Shown here one piece after another: positions 17,635-27,525 of a stretch of DNA of 64,000 bases (the stretch's first letter is position 1; every line of letters starts with the position of its first letter). The stretch is taken from assembly GCF_027531025.1 (NCBI RefSeq), contig NZ_JAPZQX010000003.1:536190-600189 (forward strand). The letters run 5' to 3'. Origin of the DNA: Novosphingobium sp. (lineage in GTDB: Bacteria > Pseudomonadota > Alphaproteobacteria > Sphingomonadales > Sphingomonadaceae). The position numbers and the translations under genes were made by a program. The notes beneath the pieces are model-generated. The model searched no databases. It was not told the origin of the DNA and saw only the letters and a list, made by a program, of their open reading frames with translations.

Positions 17635-18942
17635 TCAGTCCAGTTCCCAGGCGCGCTCGCCATGGCTGGTGATGTCCAGCCCTTCGCGCTCGTCATCCTC
17701 GCTGATGCGCATCGGGAAGGCGAGGCTGACCAGCACCGCGATGACCGCGCTGGCAATCGCCGACCATAGAGCCACCACCCCGACGCCAACGGCCTGGGCG
17801 GCGACCTGGTTGATCATGCCGATGCCCTCGGCATAACCTGATCCGCCAAGGTCCGCCGAAAGGAACACCCCGAGCAGCAAGGATCCGGTGATCCCGCCAA
17901 CCCCGTGAACGGCGAAGACATCGAGCGAATCGTCGATCTGCAACTTCTGTTTCACCAACTGGATCATAGGGTAGCAGACCAGCGCCGCGAGCGTGCCGAA
18001 GATGATCGCCGCGCCGGGCGAGATCAGCCCGGCAGCCGGAGTAACGGTGGCCAGCCCCGCGATCGCGCCGGTTGCGAAGCCGACCGAGGTGGGCTTGCCC
18101 ACCGAGATCCGCTCGATCAGCAGCCAGACCAGTGCGGCCACGCTGGCGGCCAGGTGGGTGTTGATGATCGCGCTGGCCGCGTCATCGCTGGCGGCGAGGG
18201 CGGAGCCACCGTTGAACCCGAACCAGCCGACCCACAGCATGGCGGCCCCGGCCATGGTCAGCGCCGGGCTGTGCGGCAGCATCAGCGTTCTGGGAAAACC
18301 CTGGCGCTTGCCGAGCAGCAGCGCGACCACCAGCGCCGAAATGCCGGCCGTGGTGTGAACCACGATCCCGCCCGCGAAATCGAGCGTGCCGATGGTCGTC
18401 GCCAGCCAGCCGTTGCCCCAAACCCAGTGCGCCACCGGGGCATAGACGATCAGGCCCCACAGCGCGCAGAACCCCACGACCCAGCCGAACCGGGCGCGAT
18501 CGACCCAGGCCCCGGCCATCAGCGCGGGCGTGATCGCCGCGAAAGTCAGCTGGAACAGCGCGAAAGTGCGCTCCGAAATCGCCAGTTCGCCGCGCAGCAG
18601 GCCCTCTGTGCCGATCAGCATCCAGGCATTGCCGGCGCCAAGCCAGCCACTGGTCACATCGCCAAAGGCCAGGGTGTACCCGGCCACGATCCAGAGGACA
18701 GACGCCATCGCCGCGATCGCGCCGACCTGAACCAGAACCGAGAGGAAGTTCCTGGCGCGGACCAGCCCGCCATAGAATAGCGCCAGGCCCGGCATGGTCA
18801 TGAACAGCACCAGTGCGGCGGAGGTCAGGATCCAGGCCGTATCGCCGGTGTCGAGGGTGCCGGGCACCAGTTCCTGGGCCAGCGCGGGGCTGGCGGCCAG
18901 CAAGGCGGTTGCCGTGACGGCCATCCGAGTAACAGTGCCCAT
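17635..18942 (-). CDS. amtB: Ammonium transporter (Amt family)
   Basis: DTAWIL, MTMPGLALFYGG, DFAGGIVVH, WFGFNGGS and DDSLDVFAVHG (twin His). Confidence 0.95.
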   Translation of the reverse strand: MGTVTRMAVTATALLAASPALAQELVPGTLDTGDTAWILTSAALVLFMTMPGLALFYGGLVRARNFLSVLVQVGAIAAMASVLWIVAGYTLAFGDVTSGWLGAGNAWMLIGTEGLLRGELAISERTFALFQLTFAAITPALMAGAWVDRARFGWVVGFCALWGLIVYAPVAHWVWGNGWLATTIGTLDFAGGIVVHTTAGISALVVALLLGKRQGFPRTLMLPHSPALTMAGAAMLWVGWFGFNGGSALAASDDAASAIINTHLAASVAALVWLLIERISVGKPTSVGFATGAIAGLATVTPAAGLISPGAAIIFGTLAALVCYPMIQLVKQKLQIDDSLDVFAVHGVGGITGSLLLGVFLSADLGGSGYAEGIGMINQVAAQAVGVGVVALWSAIASAVIAVLVSLAFPMRISEDDEREGLDITSHGERAWELD

Positions 18943-19058
18943 TTCCGCTTCTCCCCCTGTTACGGCGCGCGCCTTGCTGGCGCTGTGCGACTCCGTGCCA
19001 TCACGGGCTTAGAGCAAGTTTCGGGGCCGGGGCAAGCGAGCCTGCTTGGGGACTGGGA

Positions 19059-20078
19059 TCAGGCCCAGCCTTGCAGCACCTGGTCGGGCGGGCGGTGGCC
19101 ATCGACCCAGAAGCGGATATTGGCGATCACCTTTTCCCCGGCATGGGCGCGGCCCTCGATGGTCGCGCTGCCAAGATGCGGCAGGGTAATCACGTTGGGC
19201 AGCGCGATCAGCCGCGGATCGACCGCCGGTTCACGGGCATAGACATCAAGACCTGCACCACCCAGGTGTCCGCTTTGCAGCGCGGCGATCAGCGCTTCCT
19301 CGTCGATCAGGTCCCCGCGCGCGGTGTTGATCACGAAGGCTTCGGGCTTGAGCAGGGCCAGGCGCCTTGCGTCGAGCAGGTGGTGCGTTTCCGCGCTGGA
19401 CGGGCAGTGCAGCGAGATGATGTCGGCATCGGCCAGCAGCCGGTCGAGATCGGCCTCATAGCGCAGGCCCAGCATGGTCTCGATCGATCCGGGCAGGGGG
19501 CGGCGGTTGTGATAGACCACCTCCATCCCGAAGGCCCGCGCGCGGTGCGCCACCGCCTGTCCGATCCGGCCCATGCCGACGATCGCTAGGCGCTTGCCGC
19601 CGATCGAGCGGCCAAGCATGGCGGTAGGGGCCCAGCCGGTCCAGGCCCCGTCGCGCACCAGTCGGCTGCCTTCGCCAAGGCGGCGCGGCACCGAGAGGAT
19701 CAGCATCATCGTCAGGTCGGCGGTATCGTCGGTGAAGACGCCCGGGGTATTGGTGACGATGATCTTCTTCGCCCGCGCAGCGGCCAGGTCGATGTGCTCG
19801 ATCCCGGCGCCGAAGTTCGCGATCAGGCCCAGCCGATCACCCGCTTCCTCGATCATAGCCGCGTCGATCCGGTCGGTTACGGTCGGAACCAGCACATCGG
19901 CATCGCGCATCGCCGCGATCAGTCCGTCGCGGCCAAGCGGGGCGTCGGCGGTGTTCGTCACCACGTCGAACAGTTCGGCCATGCGCGCCTCGACCGAGGG
20001 GAGCAGGCGGCGAGTGATGTGGACGCGCGGCTTGCCGGAAACACGGCGGGCCAGGGGCGTGTCGGATACGATCGGCAT
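19059..20078 (-). CDS. D-isomer 2-hydroxyacid dehydrogenase (glyoxylate/hydroxypyruvate reductase-like)
   Basis: GMGRIG NAD-binding motif, INTARG, GLDVYAREP and PHLGSAT. Confidence 0.92.
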   Translation of the reverse strand: MPIVSDTPLARRVSGKPRVHITRRLLPSVEARMAELFDVVTNTADAPLGRDGLIAAMRDADVLVPTVTDRIDAAMIEEAGDRLGLIANFGAGIEHIDLAAARAKKIIVTNTPGVFTDDTADLTMMLILSVPRRLGEGSRLVRDGAWTGWAPTAMLGRSIGGKRLAIVGMGRIGQAVAHRARAFGMEVVYHNRRPLPGSIETMLGLRYEADLDRLLADADIISLHCPSSAETHHLLDARRLALLKPEAFVINTARGDLIDEEALIAALQSGHLGGAGLDVYAREPAVDPRLIALPNVITLPHLGSATIEGRAHAGEKVIANIRFWVDGHRPPDQVLQGWA

Positions 20079-20155
20079 GGTTATCCGCTAGGCCCGGGTG
20101 GGGCAGGCGGTCAAGCCGCTTGAACCTGCTGCCGCGCCGCCGCTATCAGCGAATC

Positions 20156-20626
20156 ATGCCGCGTAACCGAATCCTCGCCCTGTCGCTTGCCGTGCTGGCC
20201 TGGACCGCGCCGGCCAGCGCGCAGGAAATCGAAGTGCCCTACTGGGCCTCGATCCGGGCGAGCGAAGTCAACATGCGGGTGGGCCCGGCGGAGGATTACC
20301 GGATTGCCTGGGTCTATCGCCGCCAGCAACTGCCGCTCAAGGTGCTGCGGGTGAAGGATGGGTGGCGCCTGGTGCAGGATCCCGACGGGGCCAAGGGCTG
20401 GATCCTGTCGCGCTTTCTGACGCGCGAGCGCACCGCCTATGTGATCGGCAAGGAACCCGCCGAAATGCGCGCCGCCGCCGATAGCGGGGCCAAGGTCAAC
20501 TGGCGGCTTTCGCCAGGTATCGTCGGCCTGCTGGGCGATTGCGAGGAAGGCTGGTGCGAATTCACGCTGGGCCAGCGCAAGGGTTTTGTCCGGCAGGACA
20601 GGCTGTGGGGGGCAGGGGAGCCCTGA
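20156..20626 (+). CDS. Secreted tandem bacterial SH3 domain protein
   Basis: Signal peptide ending PASA, NMRVGPAEDY...GW repeat, and second domain ending GFVRQDRLWG. Confidence 0.85.
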   Translation: MPRNRILALSLAVLAWTAPASAQEIEVPYWASIRASEVNMRVGPAEDYRIAWVYRRQQLPLKVLRVKDGWRLVQDPDGAKGWILSRFLTRERTAYVIGKEPAEMRAAADSGAKVNWRLSPGIVGLLGDCEEGWCEFTLGQRKGFVRQDRLWGAGEP

Positions 20627-20634
20627 GGCTCCCC
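20615..20634. terminator. Hairpin between convergent SH3 and thiolase genes
   Basis: GGGGAGCC-CTGA-GGCTCCCC, an 8-bp stem spanning the SH3 gene stop codon. Confidence 0.5.
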
Positions 20635-20644
20635 CGCAGTTCGA

Positions 20645-21841
20645 TCAGGCGAGTTCGATAGCGACGGCGGTGGCCTCGCCGCCGCCGATGCACAGGCTGG
20701 CGACGCCCTTGGTCTTGCCGTGGCGCTTCAGTGCGGCGATCAGCGTGGTGATGATCCGCGCGCCCGAGGCGCCAATCGGGTGACCCAGTGCGGTAGCCCC
20801 GCCGTGAACGTTGATCTTCTCGTGCGGGATGCCGAGGTCATGCATGGCGAACATGGCAACGCAGGCGAAGGCCTCGTTCACTTCGAACAGGTCGACATCG
20901 TCGAGCTTCCAGCCAGCGCATTCCAGCACCTTGTTGATTGCACCGACTGGCGCGGTGGTGAAATCCTTCGGCTCCTGCGCGTGGGCAGCCACGGCCACCA
21001 CCTTGGCCACCGGCGTCGCGCCCTTGGCCGCGGCAACGCTGGCGCGGGTCAGCACCAGCGCGGCGGCACCGTCCGAGATCGAGCTTGAGGTTGCGGCGGT
21101 GATCGTGCCGTCCTTGGCAAAGGCGGGTTTCAGGTTGGGGATCTTGTCCGGGCGGCCCTTGCCGGGCTGCTCGTCGGTATCGACCACGGTTTCGCCCGAG
21201 CGGCTGACCACAGTGACCGGCACCACTTCATCGGCAAAGGCCCCATCGGCAATCGCGGCCTGCGCGCGGCGCAGTGATTCGATCGAATAGGCATCCTGCG
21301 CCTCGCGCGTCAGTTGATAGGCATTGGCAGTGTCTTGCGCGAAGGTGCCCATCGCTCGGCCCGGTTCATAGGCATCTTCGAGGCCATCGAGGAACATGTG
21401 GTCATAGGCCGTGTCATGGCCGATCCGCGCGCCCGAGCGGTGCTTCTTGAGGATGTAGGGCGCGTTGGTCATCGACTCCATCCCGCCCGCGACGACCAGG
21501 TCGATGGTTCCGGCGGCGAGGGCTTCGGCGCCCATGATCAGGGTCTGCATGCCCGAGCCGCAGACCTTGTTGACCGTGGTGGCCTGGACCGACTTGGGCA
21601 GGCCGGCCTTGATCGTGGCTTGACGAGCCGGGGCCTGGCCCAGGCCAGCGGGCAGGACGCAACCCATGTAGACTCGCTCGATCTCCTCGCCCTTCACCCC
21701 GGCGCGCTCGACCGCGGCCTTGATCGCCGTGGCGCCAAGGTCGGTGGCCGAAACATCGGCCAGCGCACCCTGCATCCCGCCCATCGGGGTGCGGGCATAG
21801 GACAGGATGACGATCGGATCGGCGGGAGAGAGCTGCGGCAT
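20645..21841 (-). CDS. Acetyl-CoA C-acyltransferase (thiolase)
   Basis: NKVCGSG, EVNEAFA, GHPIGASG and SLCIGGG catalytic motifs. Confidence 0.95.
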   Translation of the reverse strand: MPQLSPADPIVILSYARTPMGGMQGALADVSATDLGATAIKAAVERAGVKGEEIERVYMGCVLPAGLGQAPARQATIKAGLPKSVQATTVNKVCGSGMQTLIMGAEALAAGTIDLVVAGGMESMTNAPYILKKHRSGARIGHDTAYDHMFLDGLEDAYEPGRAMGTFAQDTANAYQLTREAQDAYSIESLRRAQAAIADGAFADEVVPVTVVSRSGETVVDTDEQPGKGRPDKIPNLKPAFAKDGTITAATSSSISDGAAALVLTRASVAAAKGATPVAKVVAVAAHAQEPKDFTTAPVGAINKVLECAGWKLDDVDLFEVNEAFACVAMFAMHDLGIPHEKINVHGGATALGHPIGASGARIITTLIAALKRHGKTKGVASLCIGGGEATAVAIELA

Positions 21842-22012
21842 GATCTGGCCTTTCGCTGAACTGGGAAAGCGGTCTTTCTAATGTTGCACTGCGGCAATAG
21901 CAATCGCGCGGCAATTGGCGGCAAACCACGGGGCTTGCCAGCAGCCGATTCTTGCCTGAAAAGCGTGGCAAACAGCAACTGGACGCCAGCGGCGCCAAAT
22001 TGGAGAGCGATC

Positions 22013-23446
22013 ATGAGCGCAAGCGAAATTGCCCGGATGGATGGTGTCCTCGCCAGGCAGAGGGCGGCCTTCACCGCCGCCCAGCCCGAACCGCTTTCGG
22101 TCCGGCGCGACCGGATCGACCGGGCGATTGCCCTGCTGATCGATCACAAGGATGCCTTCGCCAAGGCCGTCTCGGCCGATTTCGGCCACCGCAGCATCGA
22201 ACAGACGCTGATGACCGACATCATGCCTTCGGTCGGTGCGTTGAAGCATGCCCGCAAGCATTTCGAAGCCTGGTCGCGCAATGAAAAGCGCAAGGCGATG
22301 TTCCCGCTCGGCCTGCTGGGGGCCAAGGCCGAAGTGCGCTGGCAGCCGAAGGGCGTGGTTGGCGTGATCGCGCCGTGGAACTTCCCGGTCGGAATGGTGA
22401 TGGTGCCGATGGCCGGGATCCTGGCCGCCGGGAACCGGGCGATGATCAAGCCCAGCGAGTTTACCGAGCGCGTGTCCGAACTGTTCGCCGAACTGGTCCC
22501 GCAGTATTTCGCCGAAGAGGAAATGGCCGTGTTCACCGGCGCGGTCGAGGTTGGCAGCGCCTTTTCCAAGCAGCCCTTCGATCACCTGATCTTCACCGGG
22601 GCGACCAGCGTGGGCAAGCACATCATGCGCGCGGCGGCGGAGAACCTGGTACCGGTAACGCTGGAACTGGGCGGCAAGAGCCCCACCTTCATCGGGCGCA
22701 GCGCCAACAAGGGCAAGGCCGGCCAGCGCATTGCCATGGGCAAGATGATGAACGCCGGGCAAATCTGCCTCGCCCCGGATTACCTGCTGGTCGCCAAGGA
22801 GCAGGAAGAGGAAGTGATCGGCAGCGTCGTCAGTTCGGTCAGCGCTATGTACCCGACCCTGCTGGCCAACGACGATTACACTTCGGTCGTCAACGACCGC
22901 AACCGCGAGCGACTGGAAGGCTACCTGGCCGATGCGCGCGAGAAGGGGGCGGAACTGATCGAGGTGAACCCCGGCAACGAGGATTTCAGCGCTTCCAACG
23001 GCAACAAGATGCCGCTCACCATCCTGCGCAATGTCACCGATGACATGAAGGTCATGCAGGACGAGATCTTCGGGCCGATCCTGCCGGTGATGACCTATTC
23101 CACCATCGACGAGGCGATCGACTATGTGAACGCCCACGATCGCCCGCTGGGCCTCTATTACTTCGGCGAGGACAAGGCCGAGGAGGAAAAGGTGCTGACC
23201 CGTACCATTTCCGGCGGGGTCACGGTCAACGACGTATTGTTCCACAATGCCATGGAAGACCTGCCGTTCGGCGGCGTCGGCCCGTCCGGCATGGGCAATT
23301 ACCATGGGCTGGACGGATTCAAGACCTTCAGCCACCCGCGCGCAGTCTATCGCCAGAGCGGGATGGACGTGGCCAGCCTGTCGGGCTTCAAGCCGCCCTA
23401 TGGCAAGGCGGCGCACGCCACCCTGGCCCGCGAACTGAAGAAATAG
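22013..23446 (+). CDS. calB: Coniferyl aldehyde dehydrogenase-like ALDH
   Basis: IAPWNFP, FTGATSVG, TLELGGKSP, GQICLAPDY and DEIFGPILP; family-3/CalB-type pattern. Start at ATG 22013 after GGAG. Confidence 0.8.
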   Translation: MSASEIARMDGVLARQRAAFTAAQPEPLSVRRDRIDRAIALLIDHKDAFAKAVSADFGHRSIEQTLMTDIMPSVGALKHARKHFEAWSRNEKRKAMFPLGLLGAKAEVRWQPKGVVGVIAPWNFPVGMVMVPMAGILAAGNRAMIKPSEFTERVSELFAELVPQYFAEEEMAVFTGAVEVGSAFSKQPFDHLIFTGATSVGKHIMRAAAENLVPVTLELGGKSPTFIGRSANKGKAGQRIAMGKMMNAGQICLAPDYLLVAKEQEEEVIGSVVSSVSAMYPTLLANDDYTSVVNDRNRERLEGYLADAREKGAELIEVNPGNEDFSASNGNKMPLTILRNVTDDMKVMQDEIFGPILPVMTYSTIDEAIDYVNAHDRPLGLYYFGEDKAEEEKVLTRTISGGVTVNDVLFHNAMEDLPFGGVGPSGMGNYHGLDGFKTFSHPRAVYRQSGMDVASLSGFKPPYGKAAHATLARELKK

Positions 23447-23453
23447 GGCTTTG

Positions 23454-23482
23454 GCCCCTCCCGGCAGCGGGAGGGGCTTTTT
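23454..23482 (+). terminator. Intrinsic terminator after the aldehyde dehydrogenase gene
   Basis: GCCCCTCCC-GGCAGC-GGGAGGGGC followed by TTTTT. Confidence 0.85.
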
Positions 23483-23507
23483 CCGCCAATTACAGCCCAG
23501 CGCCCAC

Positions 23508-23536
23508 TTGCGCGGGGCGGCGGGGGGGACTAGGGC
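23508..23536 (+). promoter_or_regulatory. Putative sigma70-type promoter of the nuo operon
   Basis: TTGCGC-N17-TAGGGC, 33 nt upstream of nuoA; same -10 hexamer as upstream of acpP. Confidence 0.5.
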
Positions 23537-23569
23537 GCGGGCATTCGTCCGCAATGCCGAGTCAGAGCC

Positions 23570-23940
23570 TTGGTCGACCTGTCGCAATATCTGCCGATCC
23601 TGATTTTCCTCGGGATAGCGCTGGCCTTGTCCAGCCTGTTTGTGTTCCTGCCGATGGGGGTGGCCCGCCTGACCGGCGCGCATAACCCCAACGCGGAAAA
23701 GCTGAGCGAGTACGAATGCGGCTTCCCCGCGTTCGAGGACCCGCGCAGCCAGTTTGACGTGCGCTTCTATCTCGTGGCGATCCTGTTCATCATCTTCGAC
23801 CTGGAAGCCGCGTTCCTGTTCCCCTGGGCGGTCAGCCTCGATCTGACCGGTTGGCCGGGCTGGATCACGATGATGGTGTTCCTGGGTGAACTGGCGGTGG
23901 GCCTCGCCTATGCCTGGAAAATGGGGGCTTTGGATTGGGA

Positions 23941-23944
<4 letters not shown>
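23570..23944 (+). CDS. nuoA: NADH-quinone oxidoreductase subunit A
   Basis: [27 protein letters not shown] and GALDWE; TTG start. Confidence 0.96.
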
Positions 23945-24509
<565 letters not shown>

Positions 24510-24513
<4 letters not shown>

Positions 24514-25136
24514 GCGTGGTCCATTCCGCCCCCCGCTTCGCCAGCAACGATGGCGTGATCGAAGCCGTTTCGGCCACGCTGGGCGATCGCCTGGCCGCCG
24601 CGCACGAAGCTCATGGCGAAGTGGTGCTGACCGTTCGGCGCGATGCCATTGCCGATGCGCTGCAACTGCTGCGTGACGAGCACGAATACCAGCAGCTGAT
24701 GGAGATCGCCGGGGTCGATTACCCCAACCGGACCGAACGGTTCGAAGTGGTCTACATGCTGCTCTCGCTGACCCGCAATCACCGCGTGCTGGTGAAGGTC
24801 AATGCTGCCGAGAACACCCCGGTGCCGACCGTCACGCACCTCTGGCCGGTGGCTGGCTGGCTCGAGCGCGAAGTCTTCGACCTGTATGGCGTGATCTTCG
24901 AAGGCAATGCCGACCTGCGCCGGATCCTGACGGACTATGGCTTTGAAGGCCATCCGTTCCGCAAGGACTTCCCGCTGACCGGCTATGTCGAGCTGCGCTA
25001 TTCCGAAGAGGACAAGCGCGTGGTCTATGAACCGGTCAAGCTGGCCCAGGACCTGCGCCAGTTCGATTTCCAGAGCCCGTGGGAAGGCGCTGACTATGCG
25101 CTGCCCGGCGATGAAAAGGCAGGAGCAGCCCAGTGA
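24510..25136 (+). CDS. nuoC: NADH-quinone oxidoreductase subunit C
   Basis: [34 protein letters not shown]. Confidence 0.96.
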
Positions 25137-26344
25137 GCCTGCAACTTGAACACTCGCCGACCACCGGCGACGATGTCATCACCAATTACACGATCAACTT
25201 CGGCCCCCAGCACCCGGCCGCGCACGGCGTGCTGCGCATGGTGCTGGAACTGGACGGCGAAGTGATCGAACGTGTCGATCCGCACGTCGGCCTGCTGCAT
25301 CGCGGCACCGAAAAGCTGATCGAGCACAAGACCTATCTCCAGGCGCTGCCTTACTTTGACCGGCTCGACTATTGCTCGCCGCTGGGCATGGAGCATTCCT
25401 ATGTGCTGGCGGTCGAGAAGCTGCTGAACGTCGAGGTGCCGGAGCGCGCGAAGTATCTGCGCGTGCTGTTCGCCGAACTGACCCGCATCTGCAACCACAT
25501 GCTGAACCTCGGTTCGCACGTGATGGACGTGGGCGCGATGACGCCGAACCTGTGGATGTTCGAAGTGCGCGAGGACTGCCTCAACTTCTTCGAGCGCGCT
25601 TCGGGTGCGCGGATGCACTCGGCCTGGTTCCGTCCCGGCGGTGTCCACCAGGACGTGCCGGAAAAGCTGCTGGTCGATATCGGCACCTGGCTCGACACGC
25701 GCCTGCCCGAACTGTTCGAAGATGCGATGAGCCTGGTGGTCGACAACCGCATCTTCAAGCAGCGCAATGTCGATATTGCCACGGTCAGCAAGGATGATGC
25801 GATCAAGTGGGGCTTCTCCGGCCCGATGATCCGCGGTTCCGGCATTCCATGGGACATCCGCAAGGCCCAGCCTTACGACGTCTACGACCGGATGGAATTC
25901 GACGTGCCGGTTGGCACGCGCGGCGATTGCTATGACCGGTTCATGGTTCGCGTCGAGGAAGTGCGCCAGTCGGCCCGGATCATGAAGCAGTGCCTGCGCG
26001 ATATGCCTTCCGGCCCAATCGCCTCGGATGACCGCAAGGTTTCGCCGCCCAAGCGCGCCGAGATGAAGCAGTCGATGGAAGCGCTGATCCATCACTTCAA
26101 GCTTTACACCGAAGGCTTCCACGTGCCGGCCGGTGAGGTCTATGTCGCCACCGAAAGCCCCAAGGGTGAATTCGGTGTCTATCTGGTCAGCGATGGCAGC
26201 AACAAGCCCTACCGCTGCAAGATCCGCCCGACCGCCTTCTCGCACCTCCAGGCGATGGACTTCATGTGCAAGGGCCACATGCTGCCGGACGTCACCGCCA
26301 TCATCGGCGCGATCGACGTGGTGTTCGGGGAGTGTGACCGTTGA
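25133..26344 (+). CDS. nuoD: NADH-quinone oxidoreductase subunit D
   Basis: [28 protein letters not shown] and DVVFGECDR. Confidence 0.97.
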   Translation: MSLQLEHSPTTGDDVITNYTINFGPQHPAAHGVLRMVLELDGEVIERVDPHVGLLHRGTEKLIEHKTYLQALPYFDRLDYCSPLGMEHSYVLAVEKLLNVEVPERAKYLRVLFAELTRICNHMLNLGSHVMDVGAMTPNLWMFEVREDCLNFFERASGARMHSAWFRPGGVHQDVPEKLLVDIGTWLDTRLPELFEDAMSLVVDNRIFKQRNVDIATVSKDDAIKWGFSGPMIRGSGIPWDIRKAQPYDVYDRMEFDVPVGTRGDCYDRFMVRVEEVRQSARIMKQCLRDMPSGPIASDDRKVSPPKRAEMKQSMEALIHHFKLYTEGFHVPAGEVYVATESPKGEFGVYLVSDGSNKPYRCKIRPTAFSHLQAMDFMCKGHMLPDVTAIIGAIDVVFGECDR

Positions 26345-26526
26345 TCCTTCGCGAGCTGTTCATCGCGGTCCTGGCGTTCTCCGCCTTCGCTTCGGCGGTG
26401 GCGGCCTATCTGTTCGTGTTCCACCCGGCTACCGCCACGCTGAAGGAAGTGCTGAGCACGGCCTTTACCGGCATGGTCGGTGTCTTTGTCGGGCGCTGGC
26501 TGGAACGGAGGATGGCCCGTGGCTGA
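26341..26526 (+). CDS. Small two-TM hypothetical protein inside the nuo operon
   Basis: 61 codons with two hydrophobic helices. TTG start overlaps the nuoD stop; its 3' end carries GGAGGA for the next gene. Confidence 0.7.
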   Translation: MILRELFIAVLAFSAFASAVAAYLFVFHPATATLKEVLSTAFTGMVGVFVGRWLERRMARG

Positions 26527-26854
26527 TCGCCTGACCATCGCTCAGCAGATGATCGCGCATTACAACGCGCAGGATGCCGATGCCTATGTCGCGCTGATGA
26601 CCGACGATGCCTGCGAAGCGGGCTATCGCGGGGCGGTCCTGCGCGAAGGCAAGGAAGGCGTGCGCGCCGGGCTGAAGGCGATGTTCGCCGAATTCCCCGA
26701 GAACCGCGCCGAAATCATCCAGGGCTGGCAGCTGGGCGATACCGCTGTGCTCTATGAAAAGGTCTGGCGTTCGGCTGCGGCCGAACCCTTTGAAGTCATG
26801 TCCATTTACTCGTTCGAGGGCGACAAGTGCTCTCGCATGGAGTTTGTCCGCTAA
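26519..26854 (+). CDS. SnoaL-like/NTF2 fold protein inside the nuo operon
   Basis: HYNAQDADAYVALMTDDA...GKEGVRA...GDTAV pattern. GTG 26519 follows GGAGGA; TAATG overlap with nuoE. Confidence 0.8.
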   Translation: MADRLTIAQQMIAHYNAQDADAYVALMTDDACEAGYRGAVLREGKEGVRAGLKAMFAEFPENRAEIIQGWQLGDTAVLYEKVWRSAAAEPFEVMSIYSFEGDKCSRMEFVR

Positions 26855-27522
26855 TGGCCGACCGGCATCTTGAACCCGATACCCCCGAACTGCGCGCGCG
26901 CTGGTCGGGCTTTGCCTGGACCAAGGAAAACGCGGCCAAGGCTGCGGAGTATGTCGCGCGTTACCCTGAAGGGCGCCAGCGCTCGGCGGTGATGCCGCTG
27001 CTCGACCTGGCCCAGCGCCAGGTTGGCGCCGAAACCAGCACGCAAGGCTGGCTGCCGCTGCCGGTGATGGAATATGTCGCCAAATACCTCGATATGCCGG
27101 TGATCCGCGTGGTCGAGGTGGCGACCTTCTACTTCATGTATAACCTGGTGCCGGTGGGCAAGTTCCACGTCCAGGTCTGCGGCACCACGCCGTGCATGCT
27201 GCGCGGCTCGGACGCGATCATGGCTGCCTGCAAGAAGCGCGGCATGGCGAAGGGCCACACCACCGAGGACGGTCTGTGGACCCTGACCGAGGTCGAATGC
27301 ATGGGCAACTGCGCCTCTGCCCCGATGGTCCAGATCAACGACGACAATTACGAAGACCTGACGCCCGAACGGCTCGACGCGGTGCTTGATGCGCTCGCCG
27401 CGGGCAAGGCGCCCAAGACCGGGACGCAGGAACCGGGCCGCCACACCGTTGAGCCCGTTGGCGGGCCGACCACTCTGAAAGAGATGGTCGAGGCCAACCA
27501 CGATTACCGGAAGGAGTGGTAA
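26854..27522 (+). CDS. nuoE: NADH-quinone oxidoreductase subunit E
   Basis: VCGTTPCMLRG and ECMGNCASAP [2Fe-2S] motifs. Start at ATG 26854. Confidence 0.96.
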   Translation: MADRHLEPDTPELRARWSGFAWTKENAAKAAEYVARYPEGRQRSAVMPLLDLAQRQVGAETSTQGWLPLPVMEYVAKYLDMPVIRVVEVATFYFMYNLVPVGKFHVQVCGTTPCMLRGSDAIMAACKKRGMAKGHTTEDGLWTLTEVECMGNCASAPMVQINDDNYEDLTPERLDAVLDALAAGKAPKTGTQEPGRHTVEPVGGPTTLKEMVEANHDYRKEW

Positions 27523-27525
27523 GCC

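Noticed and set aside
18986-19000. Sigma54-like TGGCACGGAGTCGCA upstream of amt (minus strand)
   Set aside because: GG and GC are 9 nt apart rather than the strict 10, and TTGC is not matched.
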